Assembly: GCA_964649285.1 (NCBI GenBank)
Contig: CAZYOX010000003.1
Span: 1-35,292 of the forward strand
Length of the DNA stretch: 35,292 bases
Direction: 5' to 3'
DNA from: an uncultured Bryobacterales bacterium
GTDB lineage: Bacteria; Acidobacteriota; Terriglobia; Bryobacterales; UBA6623
The notes beneath the pieces are model-generated. The model searched no databases. It worked only from the letters and a program-made list of their open reading frames with translations, and had not been told where the DNA came from. A program made the translations under genes and the position numbers. Below are positions 8,356-16,622 of this stretch, piece after piece; position 1 is the stretch's first letter; each line of letters opens with the position of its first letter.

Positions 8356-9320
8356 CGTCCGGATTCCCAAACGAACGCGGAAAAGCGTTGCGTGGGACGG
8401 AACCCCATCTGTTGATAGAGCCTCAGGGCGCCCGTGTTGGACGCCGTGACAGTCAGGCTGGCGGTGTCGCACGAGCAGGACCGCAAAGACAACAATGTCC
8501 GGCGCAACAACTCGCGACCGACGCCCACGCCGCGGTCGCGCGGCGAGACGCAAATCTGCGTCACATGACCGGCGTCGTCATCCACCCGCGTCGCCAAGCA
8601 GATTCCGCTGACTCTTGAGGCGCCCGGCTGCACAGCCACCCAAGAAGCCGCCGGCAGGAAGGCGCCGCATCCCGTGTGCCGAGTCGTGTTCGAAAGAAAG
8701 CGCCGGGCGCCCGCGGCATCTCGGTATTGATCGTTGATCTGACTGTCGTCGTGGCCGCGATAGGCCGAGGCGATCAATTCAGCGGCAGCAGACAGATAGT
8801 GTTCGCCCCAAGGGAGGAAGGAGTACATGCCCTGCTCAGGGGCTTCGGACCGGAAGGTCCGCAGTTGATCGCGCATCATGAACCATCGCGGAAAGACGGC
8901 AAGGTCCCGTTGAAAAATCTTTTCATGGCCCAGTTCGCCGGCCAGCCCGAGCAATTGACCTTCAACGCGGGAAACGCCAGGGTAGGCTGCCGCAGTCTCT
9001 AGGGTTCGCACCAGCAAGGCCCTTTGCGCCACCGGAGCGGGCTTCGCATCGGAGACGAAAATATCGCCGACGAGCGCCTTGTTTTGGTCCAAGACGAAGT
9101 AGCAGTAGCCGATGGCAACGCCGGCCCGGACTAGTGCGAATCCGTGGAGCGTGCGGTTGTTGAGGAAGTTCAGAATGGCTTGGGACGAGGAGCTGAAGTC
9201 CCAGCTAAACCGCTCCCGCCAGTGCTGTTCCTGCTGTAGAAGCAGGGGACGCAAGTCGGCTCCGCGCAACTCTCGCAAGTCGACGAGCGCAGAATCTAGC
9301 GTGGCCCGTGCTGCCGACAT
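8352..9320 (-). CDS. GNAT-family N-acetyltransferase (tandem GNAT-like halves)
   Basis: C-terminal half has the acetyl-CoA motif ICVSPRDRGVGVGRELLRR ... ALRLYQQMGF. The N-terminal half has a second degenerate GNAT-like fold. Confidence 0.75.
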   Translation of the reverse strand: MSAARATLDSALVDLRELRGADLRPLLLQQEQHWRERFSWDFSSSSQAILNFLNNRTLHGFALVRAGVAIGYCYFVLDQNKALVGDIFVSDAKPAPVAQRALLVRTLETAAAYPGVSRVEGQLLGLAGELGHEKIFQRDLAVFPRWFMMRDQLRTFRSEAPEQGMYSFLPWGEHYLSAAAELIASAYRGHDDSQINDQYRDAAGARRFLSNTTRHTGCGAFLPAASWVAVQPGASRVSGICLATRVDDDAGHVTQICVSPRDRGVGVGRELLRRTLLSLRSCSCDTASLTVTASNTGALRLYQQMGFRPTQRFSAFVWESGR

Positions 9321-9352
9321 CCCGCCAGATTATACCTTTCCGGTCGCGCCGG

Positions 9353-9697
9353 TCAGTTGGCCCAGGCCGGTTGCCTAAAAGTCGAGTCCGCACGCTCCGA
9401 CGAATAGCGTGTATCCCCCTTGAGTGCGGAGGAGCCACGCCGCTCGAGCACGTATCCCTGGCCGACTACGGTGTGAATCACCAGATCGGCCCGGACTTCG
9501 AGCTTCTTTCGCAGACGGCTCACGTGAACATCCACTGTCCGGGTGCGCGTGTCGTCTCGATAACCCCAGATTCGTTGCAGTAAGTAGGTGCGGGAGAAGC
9601 ACTTACCAGGATTGCCCTCAAGCAGATCGAACAGTTCCTGCTCCTTTTTGGTCAACCTAGGTGCGCCCTCACTTCCCGCGGATAGTAGTTCAGACAT
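9353..9697 (-). CDS. Stand-alone OmpR/PhoB-type winged-helix DNA-binding protein (Trans_reg_C domain only, no receiver domain)
   Basis: LTKKEQELFDLLEGNPGKCFSRTYLLQRIWGYRDDTRTRTVDVHVSRLRKKLE...TVVGQGYVLE is the complete OmpR output domain. Only about 15 residues precede it. GGAGGTGGG lies directly upstream of the ATG. Confidence 0.75.
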   Translation of the reverse strand: MSELLSAGSEGAPRLTKKEQELFDLLEGNPGKCFSRTYLLQRIWGYRDDTRTRTVDVHVSRLRKKLEVRADLVIHTVVGQGYVLERRGSSALKGDTRYSSERADSTFRQPAWAN

Positions 9698-9764
9698 CCC
9701 ACCTCCAATTCACCCACCCCCTTATTCGCACGAGCGGGCAAAAGGGTTACATGTTCAGTAAATT

Positions 9765-11237
9765 TTATTGGGATCCGCCGTCGGTAGGTTGCCTGCGGGG
9801 AGGATCGCCGGTGAGATGGTAACGTTTGGGGGCCAGAGCACAAGGACGTAGGCGATCACCGCTGTAATATCGGAGGCCATACTCGACATGCCTTCTGACG
9901 TCTCCGATGCAGGTGCTTTCTGCTTGGTCGGAATAGTTTTGCCAGAACGAGCGGCTCCCGGCAACAATGTCTAACTTGCTGAATGTCAATAACTTAAGGT
10001 TTAAATAGCCGCCTACGGCGCCGGAGGCGATAAGAGCAGACGCGAGCGCCAGGCGGGCTTTCGCCGCCGCTGCGCCCACGGCCACGCCCAGCACCAGATA
10101 CGCGGCAACCGCGATCCAGGCGGTTGAGGCCGGAGGCCAAGCTGCCGGCAAGCCGTCGGCCAAGGCCGCCGGAAGCACCGCTGCCGCAACAGGGAACAGG
10201 CATAGCATGAAAGCCGAAGCGGTCCAAGCCCACACGGGCGCGCTCCGCAACCTCGAGCCGGCGATGAGGCAGAGCGGCGGGATCGCCGGGAGAACGTAAC
10301 CAGGAAGCTTGTTAGTGGAGACGGAAAACAACACTACCACGCCCAACGCCCAAGCACCGAGGAAATGCATTTTGGGGTTGCCTCGCCATTCGGTCGAGAG
10401 GAGGGTCCCGGCTACAAGCGGCGTCCAGGGGGCGAGGCCCAGCAGGACCACCGGCAAATAGAACCACCAGGGCTGCTCGTGTTGTAACTCGGAGCTGACA
10501 ACCCGCAGTACATGGTGACGCCAGACGAACTCTTCGAGAAATACGGTTCCGTTGCGCCAGTAGCAGAGTCCGTACCAGGGCAAAGTGACGACAGCGAACG
10601 GCAACAGAGTTCGCGCTGAAAATAGATCGCGGGCGACCGTTCCAATGCCTCGGTCCCGGCAGACGGGGAGCACCGCCAGCATTCCTATGGCCGGAGCGAC
10701 CAGGCCCTTGGCCAACATGCCGAGGCCGAGTGCGGCGCCGAACAGCGGCAGCAGGCGCTTGTCTTCCGGGTTCTCGACCCACGGCAGCAGCGCCAGCAGA
10801 GCTAGGCTGGTTGCAGCGGTGAGGGGCAGATCGAAGACGCCGACCTGGCTATAAGCAGCCCATCCAGCCGCGGTAGCCAACAGCACTGTGGAGACGTCGG
10901 CCTCCTGCTGGCCGAAGGAGCTTCGCACAAGCAGTTGGAAAGCAATCAGAAAGACGAAGCTTGCTAACGCCACCGGCACGCGAATGGCAAGGTCTCCGCC
11001 AACTCCAAGACCCTCGCTGAGGGCGCCCATCCAGTAGAGCAGGGCCGGTTTCTCGAACCACGGCTCGCCCCAGAGGCGCGGCGTGACCCAGTCTCCGGAT
11101 GCCGCCATATCGTGCGCGATCGCCGCATAGCGCGGTTCATCCGGCCCCACCAGGCCCCGATCAGACATCCCGATCCCGTAGATGATCCAACACAATGTCG
11201 CCAGCAGAGCCAGGCGGCCGAGATCTTGACGCGTCAT
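9765..11237 (-). CDS. ArnT/PMT-like polytopic glycosyltransferase (GT39/GT83 family)
   Basis: N-terminal DEPRYAAIAHDMAASGDWVTPRLWGEPWFEKPALLYW (DE/loop-1 signature). About 11-12 hydrophobic segments. Confidence 0.8.
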   Translation of the reverse strand: MTRQDLGRLALLATLCWIIYGIGMSDRGLVGPDEPRYAAIAHDMAASGDWVTPRLWGEPWFEKPALLYWMGALSEGLGVGGDLAIRVPVALASFVFLIAFQLLVRSSFGQQEADVSTVLLATAAGWAAYSQVGVFDLPLTAATSLALLALLPWVENPEDKRLLPLFGAALGLGMLAKGLVAPAIGMLAVLPVCRDRGIGTVARDLFSARTLLPFAVVTLPWYGLCYWRNGTVFLEEFVWRHHVLRVVSSELQHEQPWWFYLPVVLLGLAPWTPLVAGTLLSTEWRGNPKMHFLGAWALGVVVLFSVSTNKLPGYVLPAIPPLCLIAGSRLRSAPVWAWTASAFMLCLFPVAAAVLPAALADGLPAAWPPASTAWIAVAAYLVLGVAVGAAAAKARLALASALIASGAVGGYLNLKLLTFSKLDIVAGSRSFWQNYSDQAESTCIGDVRRHVEYGLRYYSGDRLRPCALAPKRYHLTGDPPRRQPTDGGSQ

Positions 11238-11287
11238 CGGGAGGTCTTGCCTAGTTTACGAAGGAACACCCGAGATAAGATGGGGCA

Positions 11288-11854
11288 TTGAGTACCGCTT
11301 ATATCCAACCCCCCGCCAATCTCACGCTGCTGCCCCCAGGGAAATCGCCGCCCGAGCGCATAGACGCCATCGTGGAGATCCAACAAGGCGGCAGCAACAA
11401 GTACGAGTACGATCCCAAGTGCGGGCTGTTCCGCCTCGATCGAGTCCTGTACTCCGCCGTGCACTATCCGATGGCCTACGGGTTCATTCCAGGCACCTTG
11501 GCGGACGACGGCGACCCGATGGACATTCTGGTGATGACTCGCTCACCGACATTCACCGGCTGCATCATCGAAGCCAGTCCGATAGGCGTGTTCCGCATGG
11601 AGGACGAGAAGGGCGTAGACGAGAAGATCATCTCCATCCCGATCGTCGACCCGCGCTACACCGAGATCAAGTCGCTTGAGGATATGCGCCCGCACTACCT
11701 GCGCGAGATTGAGCATTTCTTTAGCATCTACAAAGAGTTAGAGGGGAAGGGGGTCAACATCCTGGGTTGGGAAGGGCGTCAAGGGGCCTACGACACGATC
11801 ATGGAATCGATTGAAAGGTTCCAGGTCCAGCAAAAGGTCAAGGCCCCGAAGTAG
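11288..11854 (+). CDS. ppa: Inorganic pyrophosphatase, family I
   Basis: VEIQQGGSNKYEYD, YPMAYGFIPGTLADDGDPMDILV, IPIVDPRY. TTG start as given by the track. Confidence 0.9.
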   Translation: MSTAYIQPPANLTLLPPGKSPPERIDAIVEIQQGGSNKYEYDPKCGLFRLDRVLYSAVHYPMAYGFIPGTLADDGDPMDILVMTRSPTFTGCIIEASPIGVFRMEDEKGVDEKIISIPIVDPRYTEIKSLEDMRPHYLREIEHFFSIYKELEGKGVNILGWEGRQGAYDTIMESIERFQVQQKVKAPK

Positions 11855-11908
11855 CCTGTTCGGTCGGCGCTGCCCAAGATAAGGGCTTCTTGCTAGGATG
11901 ATTCAGCT

Positions 11909-12844
11909 ATGACATTGAACCGTCGCCGTTTCCTTCACGTCGCCGGCGTTGGCGGAGGGTTGTCGTGGGCCGGTTGCTCCAGTGCGCCCGAGGAAGCGAC
12001 GACCCCGGCTCCGACGCTTTTTACCGAGCCCCTTGCCTTCCAGATGTATACCTTGCGCTACATGCTCGCCGAAGGTATCGGCGACATCTTCGAGCGCGCT
12101 GCCGCCGCGGGCTATACCGAGATTGAGGGCGTTCAGGCGACAGGCGCCAATGGCGTCGTTGTAGCTTGGGAAGATGTCGCTGACGCGGTTAAGGCCGCCG
12201 GATTGAAGCCGGTCAGCAGCCACGTTTCGGTTCCCGTGATTCTCGGGGCCGGGGAGATCGCGGCAGGGCCCAAGACCCTAGAAGAGTCAGCCGAATGGGG
12301 CGCTAAGCACGGCTTCTCGTGGCTGGTGATGCCCTATGTGCCGAATGACCAACGAGGCGACAGCCGCGAGCACTACTTGCAACTGGCCGAAAAGCTGAAC
12401 CATGCCGGCGAGGTCTACAAGGCTGCCGGCATGGGTTTCGCCTATCACAACCACGCCTTCGAGTTTGGGCCCGTGGGCGATTCCACGCCGATGGACGTGC
12501 TGCTTGAAGAGACGGACCCAGAGCTGGTGAAGATCGAGTTGGACGTCTTCTGGGCCAGCATCGCCGGACTCGATCCCGCAGAGTGGATCCGTGAGCATCC
12601 CGGACGTGCCAGACTGCTGCACCTCAAAGACAAAGCTGCCGGCGCCCCCACGCAGTTCGCTGAGGGCGTGCCGGCGGAAACCTTCAAAGAGGTCGGATCC
12701 GGCGTGATCGATTTTCCCAGCTTGCTCGCGGCCGCGGAGGCGGATGGCGTTGCGGCATATGTGGTCGAGCAAGATCAGACGCCGGGCGACGCAGTCGACA
12801 GCCTGGCGATGAGCTCCAAGTACTTGCGTAGCGTGGAGGTGTAG
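11909..12844 (+). CDS. Sugar phosphate isomerase/epimerase (xylose-isomerase-like TIM barrel) with twin-arginine signal and lipobox
   Basis: MTLNRRRFLHVAGVGGGLSWAGCSS (Tat motif + AGC). Barrel motifs: YHNHAFEF, ELDVFW, HLKD, VEQD. Confidence 0.8.
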   Translation: MTLNRRRFLHVAGVGGGLSWAGCSSAPEEATTPAPTLFTEPLAFQMYTLRYMLAEGIGDIFERAAAAGYTEIEGVQATGANGVVVAWEDVADAVKAAGLKPVSSHVSVPVILGAGEIAAGPKTLEESAEWGAKHGFSWLVMPYVPNDQRGDSREHYLQLAEKLNHAGEVYKAAGMGFAYHNHAFEFGPVGDSTPMDVLLEETDPELVKIELDVFWASIAGLDPAEWIREHPGRARLLHLKDKAAGAPTQFAEGVPAETFKEVGSGVIDFPSLLAAAEADGVAAYVVEQDQTPGDAVDSLAMSSKYLRSVEV

Positions 12845-12846
12845 CC

Positions 12847-13533
12847 GTGAGAAAGTTTCTTGTTGTCCTGTCGTTGTTGAGCTGCAGTGCGCCGCTCGTT
12901 TACGGACAAGCGGCTACCGGGGCCAATGCCGGCTATCAAACTGCTGAAGGCCGCGCGCGCGTGGCACAATCTCTCGCCAATCCCGAACGAGAGAAGGAAC
13001 AGAAGCCTCGCGAACTCATTTCCTCGATCGGCGTGGAAGAGGGTGATGTCGTCGCGGACATCGGTACCGGCGTCGGCTTCATGATTCCCTACTTTCTAGA
13101 AGTGATTGGGCCCGACGGCAAGGTTTACGCGGAAGACATCCAACAGGACTTCCTCGACCAGGTCGAAGCGCACAAGACGGAACAAGGCTGGACAAATGTG
13201 GAGACCATCTTGGGCGGCCAGGTCGATCCCAAGCTGCCTGCCAACTCCCTGGACGTAGCTTTCATTCTCGACGCTTATCACCACTTCGAGAAGCCCACCG
13301 AAACCATGCGCGCGATCCGCAGCGCTCTCAAGCCGGACGGCCGCCTCATAGTCGTTGACTTCTATCGTTCGCGTTCGCGCGAAGGCCGCGATCCGGATTG
13401 GGCCAAGAACCACATTCGCGCCGATCGCGATGAGTTTCGCGCCGAGATTGAATCAGCCGGCTTGGTCTTCGAGAGAACTTTCGACCACTTGCCGCACCAG
13501 TACGCGCTCGTCTTCCGCAAGGGCGACCGCTAA
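12847..13533 (+). CDS. Class I SAM-dependent methyltransferase carrying an N-terminal signal-peptide-like sequence
   Basis: MRKFLVVLSLLSCSAPLVYGQ, then SAM motif I VVADIGTGVGF and LKPDGRLIVVDF. GTG start 3 nt after the preceding stop. Confidence 0.75.
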   Translation: MRKFLVVLSLLSCSAPLVYGQAATGANAGYQTAEGRARVAQSLANPEREKEQKPRELISSIGVEEGDVVADIGTGVGFMIPYFLEVIGPDGKVYAEDIQQDFLDQVEAHKTEQGWTNVETILGGQVDPKLPANSLDVAFILDAYHHFEKPTETMRAIRSALKPDGRLIVVDFYRSRSREGRDPDWAKNHIRADRDEFRAEIESAGLVFERTFDHLPHQYALVFRKGDR

Positions 13534-14217
13534 CGGCTCGCCGTTAGCGCAATCGGCCCATTGTCCGAGCACGCATACCGCCGCCTTCTTGACTTGGCCG
13601 TTTGATTGCACCTGTACGTTCTCGAAACCCAAGGCGTCCAAGTCGGCGGCGATCATCCTGCCGTTCTCCAAGGCGAGTTCCGGGCTTGATTCGCCGCGCG
13701 GCTCCAAGGCGATGGCGATACGTCCACCTGGTTGCAGAACGCGCCGGATCTCGCGCAACGCCGCACGCCGATCCTCCCAGAACTGGACCGAGTTGATCGA
13801 AAAAGCCTTCGTGAATGAGGCGTCCGGGAAGGGGATTCTATCCGCTGTTCCCTGCCGGATGTCGGCCCGGCCGGTGAGGATCGTCCGCAGATTCTTCGAT
13901 CGCGCCATCTTGACCATCTCCGGAGAATGGTCGACGCCGGCAGTTAGGCCTTCCGTGGCAATGGCGCTGACGCGTTTGAGGTCTTGCCCTGGGCCAAAGC
14001 CGATCTCCAAGACTCTGTCGATCGGTTCCACGTCCAGCAGCGACAGAACCCAAAGGCTGCGCGACTTGTTGTTCACGGCCATGAACAAGCCTGCCAATCG
14101 TCCGAGAGGTCCATCCGGCTTGCCAAATTGCTTTGCCATGTTCGCCTTCCAGCCGGATGACGGGCGCGCTCCCTGTAGCGTTGCGGAATCGCAATTCGAA
14201 GACACAGCGGGATTCAT
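13453..14217 (-). CDS. Class I SAM-dependent methyltransferase
   Basis: VLEIGFGPGQD motif I, VLQPGGRIAIAL. Its ATG overlaps the marR stop (ATGA), indicating an operon. The 3' end overlaps the convergent methyltransferase by 81 nt. Confidence 0.8.
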   Translation of the reverse strand: MNPAVSSNCDSATLQGARPSSGWKANMAKQFGKPDGPLGRLAGLFMAVNNKSRSLWVLSLLDVEPIDRVLEIGFGPGQDLKRVSAIATEGLTAGVDHSPEMVKMARSKNLRTILTGRADIRQGTADRIPFPDASFTKAFSINSVQFWEDRRAALREIRRVLQPGGRIAIALEPRGESSPELALENGRMIAADLDALGFENVQVQSNGQVKKAAVCVLGQWADCANGEPLAVALAEDERVLVRQVVESSLEDQAG

Positions 14218-14735
14218 GATTCGTTCTCCTCAACGGACGCCAAGCGGCGGCGCCATTCCTTGCTCTCAAATAGCTCTCGGATGCGGCGCAGCGTTGCGGC
14301 GGCCTGCATTAATTCCTCTTCTGTGGCGTTGACCTGAAGCCCGCTCAGCAGTTCCTGTTCGCGCCCCGTCATCTCGTCCAGTTGACGCTTGCCTTTGGCC
14401 GTCAGCTGAATGAGCGAAGAACGCTTGTGTGCGGGATTCTCGACGGACTCAACCAAACCCTCGTCGGCCAGCTCGTTGACGATCCTCTGCATGTATTGGC
14501 GAGCCACAGGCCGCGCCCGAGCCATTTCGGGGACCGTCTGCGGGCCCTGTCGAGCCAGGCCTCGCATCACGGAGCGGCGTCCGGACGAGGCTTGCCCTTG
14601 AGCGTGTATGCGCTCAATGTCGTGTCGCATACGGTGGAACAAGGCGCTGGTTTCCGCCAGAACGGATTCCATGGCCGGGTTGCCGAAGAGCCCGGCGAAG
14701 GCCGCTGCGACAGCTTGCTTCGGGTGATCCGTCAT
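14214..14735 (-). CDS. MarR-family transcriptional regulator
   Basis: Winged-HTH region LARQGPQTVPEMARARPVARQYMQRIVNELADEGLVESVENPAHKRSSLIQLTAKGK. Confidence 0.85.
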   Translation of the reverse strand: MTDHPKQAVAAAFAGLFGNPAMESVLAETSALFHRMRHDIERIHAQGQASSGRRSVMRGLARQGPQTVPEMARARPVARQYMQRIVNELADEGLVESVENPAHKRSSLIQLTAKGKRQLDEMTGREQELLSGLQVNATEEELMQAAATLRRIRELFESKEWRRRLASVEENES

Positions 14736-14774
14736 ATGACAACCATAGTGTCATGATGACATCTTAGTTGTCAA
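14731..14774 (-). promoter_or_regulatory. Probable marR promoter with overlapping nested palindromic operator
   Basis: Read on the minus strand: TTGACA (14769..14774), an 18-nt spacer, CACTAT (14745..14750), then 9 nt to the ATG with no SD. Palindromes: GTCATATGAC 14731..14740; TGTCAT-G-ATGACA 14749..14761; outer pair TGACAAC 14737..14743 / GTTGTCA 14767..14773. Confidence 0.55.
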
Positions 14775-14784
14775 TTACTTATTT

Positions 14785-16509
14785 TCAAAATGGCAGAGCT
14801 GGTTCCGTCTTCGAACCCTTGCCCTTGAGCACGGCGAAGTCGCAACCCTCATCCGCTTGCAGGATGTTGTCGAGGAAGATCTTGCCCCACCCACGATCGT
14901 AAGCCGCTTCAGGGCGACGGAAGAGACGCAGCCGTCGATTCATCTCGTGCTCGTCGATCAGCAGGTCGAGCCTGCGATTTTCGACGTCGAGGCGAATCTG
15001 ATCGCCGGTTTCGACTGCCGCAAGCGGTCCGCCGATGGCTGATTCCGGCGAGACGTGCAAGACGCAGGCGCCATAGCTCGTGCCGCTCATGCGGGCGTCG
15101 GAGATGCGCACGATATCGGTGATTCCTCGTTGGAGGAGCTTCGCGGGAACCGGCAGATTGCCCAACTCCGGCATTCCGGGGCCGCCGTGCGGTCCGCCGT
15201 TCTTGAGCACCATGACGCAACTTTCGTCGATATCCAAGTCAGGCGAGTCGACTCGGGCCAGCAGATCGGCGTGGCTCTCGAAAACGACGGCGCGGCCGGT
15301 GTGCTGCAGCAACTTCGGGTCGGCTGCGCTGGTCTTCAAGACGGCCCCGTTGGGACAGATATTGCCGCGCAGGATGACGGTTCCGCCAGTGGGCTGCAAG
15401 GGACGCTCGCGGGGCCGTATGACTTCCGGGTTATAGCACTCGGCGTCTTCAAGATTCCCAGCCACTGTTTTGCCGGTCGCGGTGATGGCTTCGCCGTGCA
15501 GTAGGTCCAGGATTTCTTTCATCAGCGCGGGCAGGCCGCCCGCATAGAAGAAATCTTCCATTAAGTACTTGCCGGAAGGACTGATGTTGGCGAGAACCGG
15601 CGTGGTCCGGGCGATCTCGTCGAATTTCTCCAACGGGAAGTCCAGGTTCAGACGTCCGGCAATCGCCTTGAGGTGGATGATGGCATTCGTAGATCCCCCG
15701 ATGGCCATGTCGACGCGGATGGCGTTCTCCATCGCCTGGGCGGTCATGATCTTCGACGGAGTCAAGTTTTCCCAGACCATGTCGACGATGCGCACGCCGC
15801 TGCGGTGAGCGATCTCTTGACGTCGCGAGTCGGAGGCGGGGATCGAGGCACAGCCTGTCAGGGTCATGCCGAGCGCTTCGGCAATGCTGGCCATCGTCGA
15901 AGCGGTGCCCATGGTCATGCAGTGTCCCGCCGAGCGAGACATGCACGATTCGATCGAGCAAAACTCTTCAGCGGAAATCTTGCCGGAGCGCCGGTCGCCG
16001 TCGAACTTCCAGACATCCGTGCCCGAGCCGATCGGCTTGTTCTTATACATGCCGCGCAGCATCGGACCGCCCGTGACGACCAGTGCCGGGAGGTCAGCCG
16101 AGGCGGCGCCCATCAACTGTGCGGGCGTAGTCTTGTCGCAGCCGCACAGCAGGACGACACCGTCTAGCGGGTTCGCTCGAATCGACTCTTCCACGTCCAT
16201 GGCCATCAGGTTGCGGAACATCATCGTCGTGGGACGCATCAGCGGTTCGCCCAACGAGATCGTCGGGAACTCCAAGGGGAAGCCGCCCGCCTCCCAGACC
16301 CCGCGCTTGACCGCTTCGGCTACCTGCCGCAGATGAGCGTTGCAACCGGTCAGTTCCGACCAGGAGTTGCAGATCCCGATCACCGGCTTGCCGTCAAAGG
16401 CGGACTGCGGAAAGCCTTCGGCCTTGGTCCAGGAACGGTGGATGAAGCCCAATTTGTCCTTGCGGCCAAACCAGTCTGCGGAGCGTAAGGGTCGTCGTTG
16501 AGAGGACAT
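14785..16509 (-). CDS. IlvD/Edd-family dehydratase (sugar-acid, arabinonate/xylonate-dehydratase-like subgroup, or dihydroxy-acid dehydratase)
   Basis: MSSQRRPLRSADWFG...IGICNSWSELTGCNAHL, CDKTTPAQLMGA, GHCMTMGTASTM. The track start at 16524 adds MERLI. The ATG at 16509 has GGAG 9 nt upstream and fits the family N-terminus. Confidence 0.85.
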   Translation of the reverse strand: MSSQRRPLRSADWFGRKDKLGFIHRSWTKAEGFPQSAFDGKPVIGICNSWSELTGCNAHLRQVAEAVKRGVWEAGGFPLEFPTISLGEPLMRPTTMMFRNLMAMDVEESIRANPLDGVVLLCGCDKTTPAQLMGAASADLPALVVTGGPMLRGMYKNKPIGSGTDVWKFDGDRRSGKISAEEFCSIESCMSRSAGHCMTMGTASTMASIAEALGMTLTGCASIPASDSRRQEIAHRSGVRIVDMVWENLTPSKIMTAQAMENAIRVDMAIGGSTNAIIHLKAIAGRLNLDFPLEKFDEIARTTPVLANISPSGKYLMEDFFYAGGLPALMKEILDLLHGEAITATGKTVAGNLEDAECYNPEVIRPRERPLQPTGGTVILRGNICPNGAVLKTSAADPKLLQHTGRAVVFESHADLLARVDSPDLDIDESCVMVLKNGGPHGGPGMPELGNLPVPAKLLQRGITDIVRISDARMSGTSYGACVLHVSPESAIGGPLAAVETGDQIRLDVENRRLDLLIDEHEMNRRLRLFRRPEAAYDRGWGKIFLDNILQADEGCDFAVLKGKGSKTEPALPF

Positions 16510-16622
16510 GATTAAGCGCTCCATTATTGCTCTAAACCGATGCCCACTTGGTTTACTCTGGAGGCGATCGCCGCCGCGTCTATTGCGGCCGCATCCCCGC
16601 AGGAGGCGGGATCACGCAAACA

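Noticed and set aside
11247-11281. Possible promoter for ppa (TTGCCT ... TAAGAT) in the 50-nt divergent gap.
   Set aside because: The hexamers are 23 nt apart, and alternative pairings give 13-15 nt. These spacings are incompatible with a sigma70 promoter.
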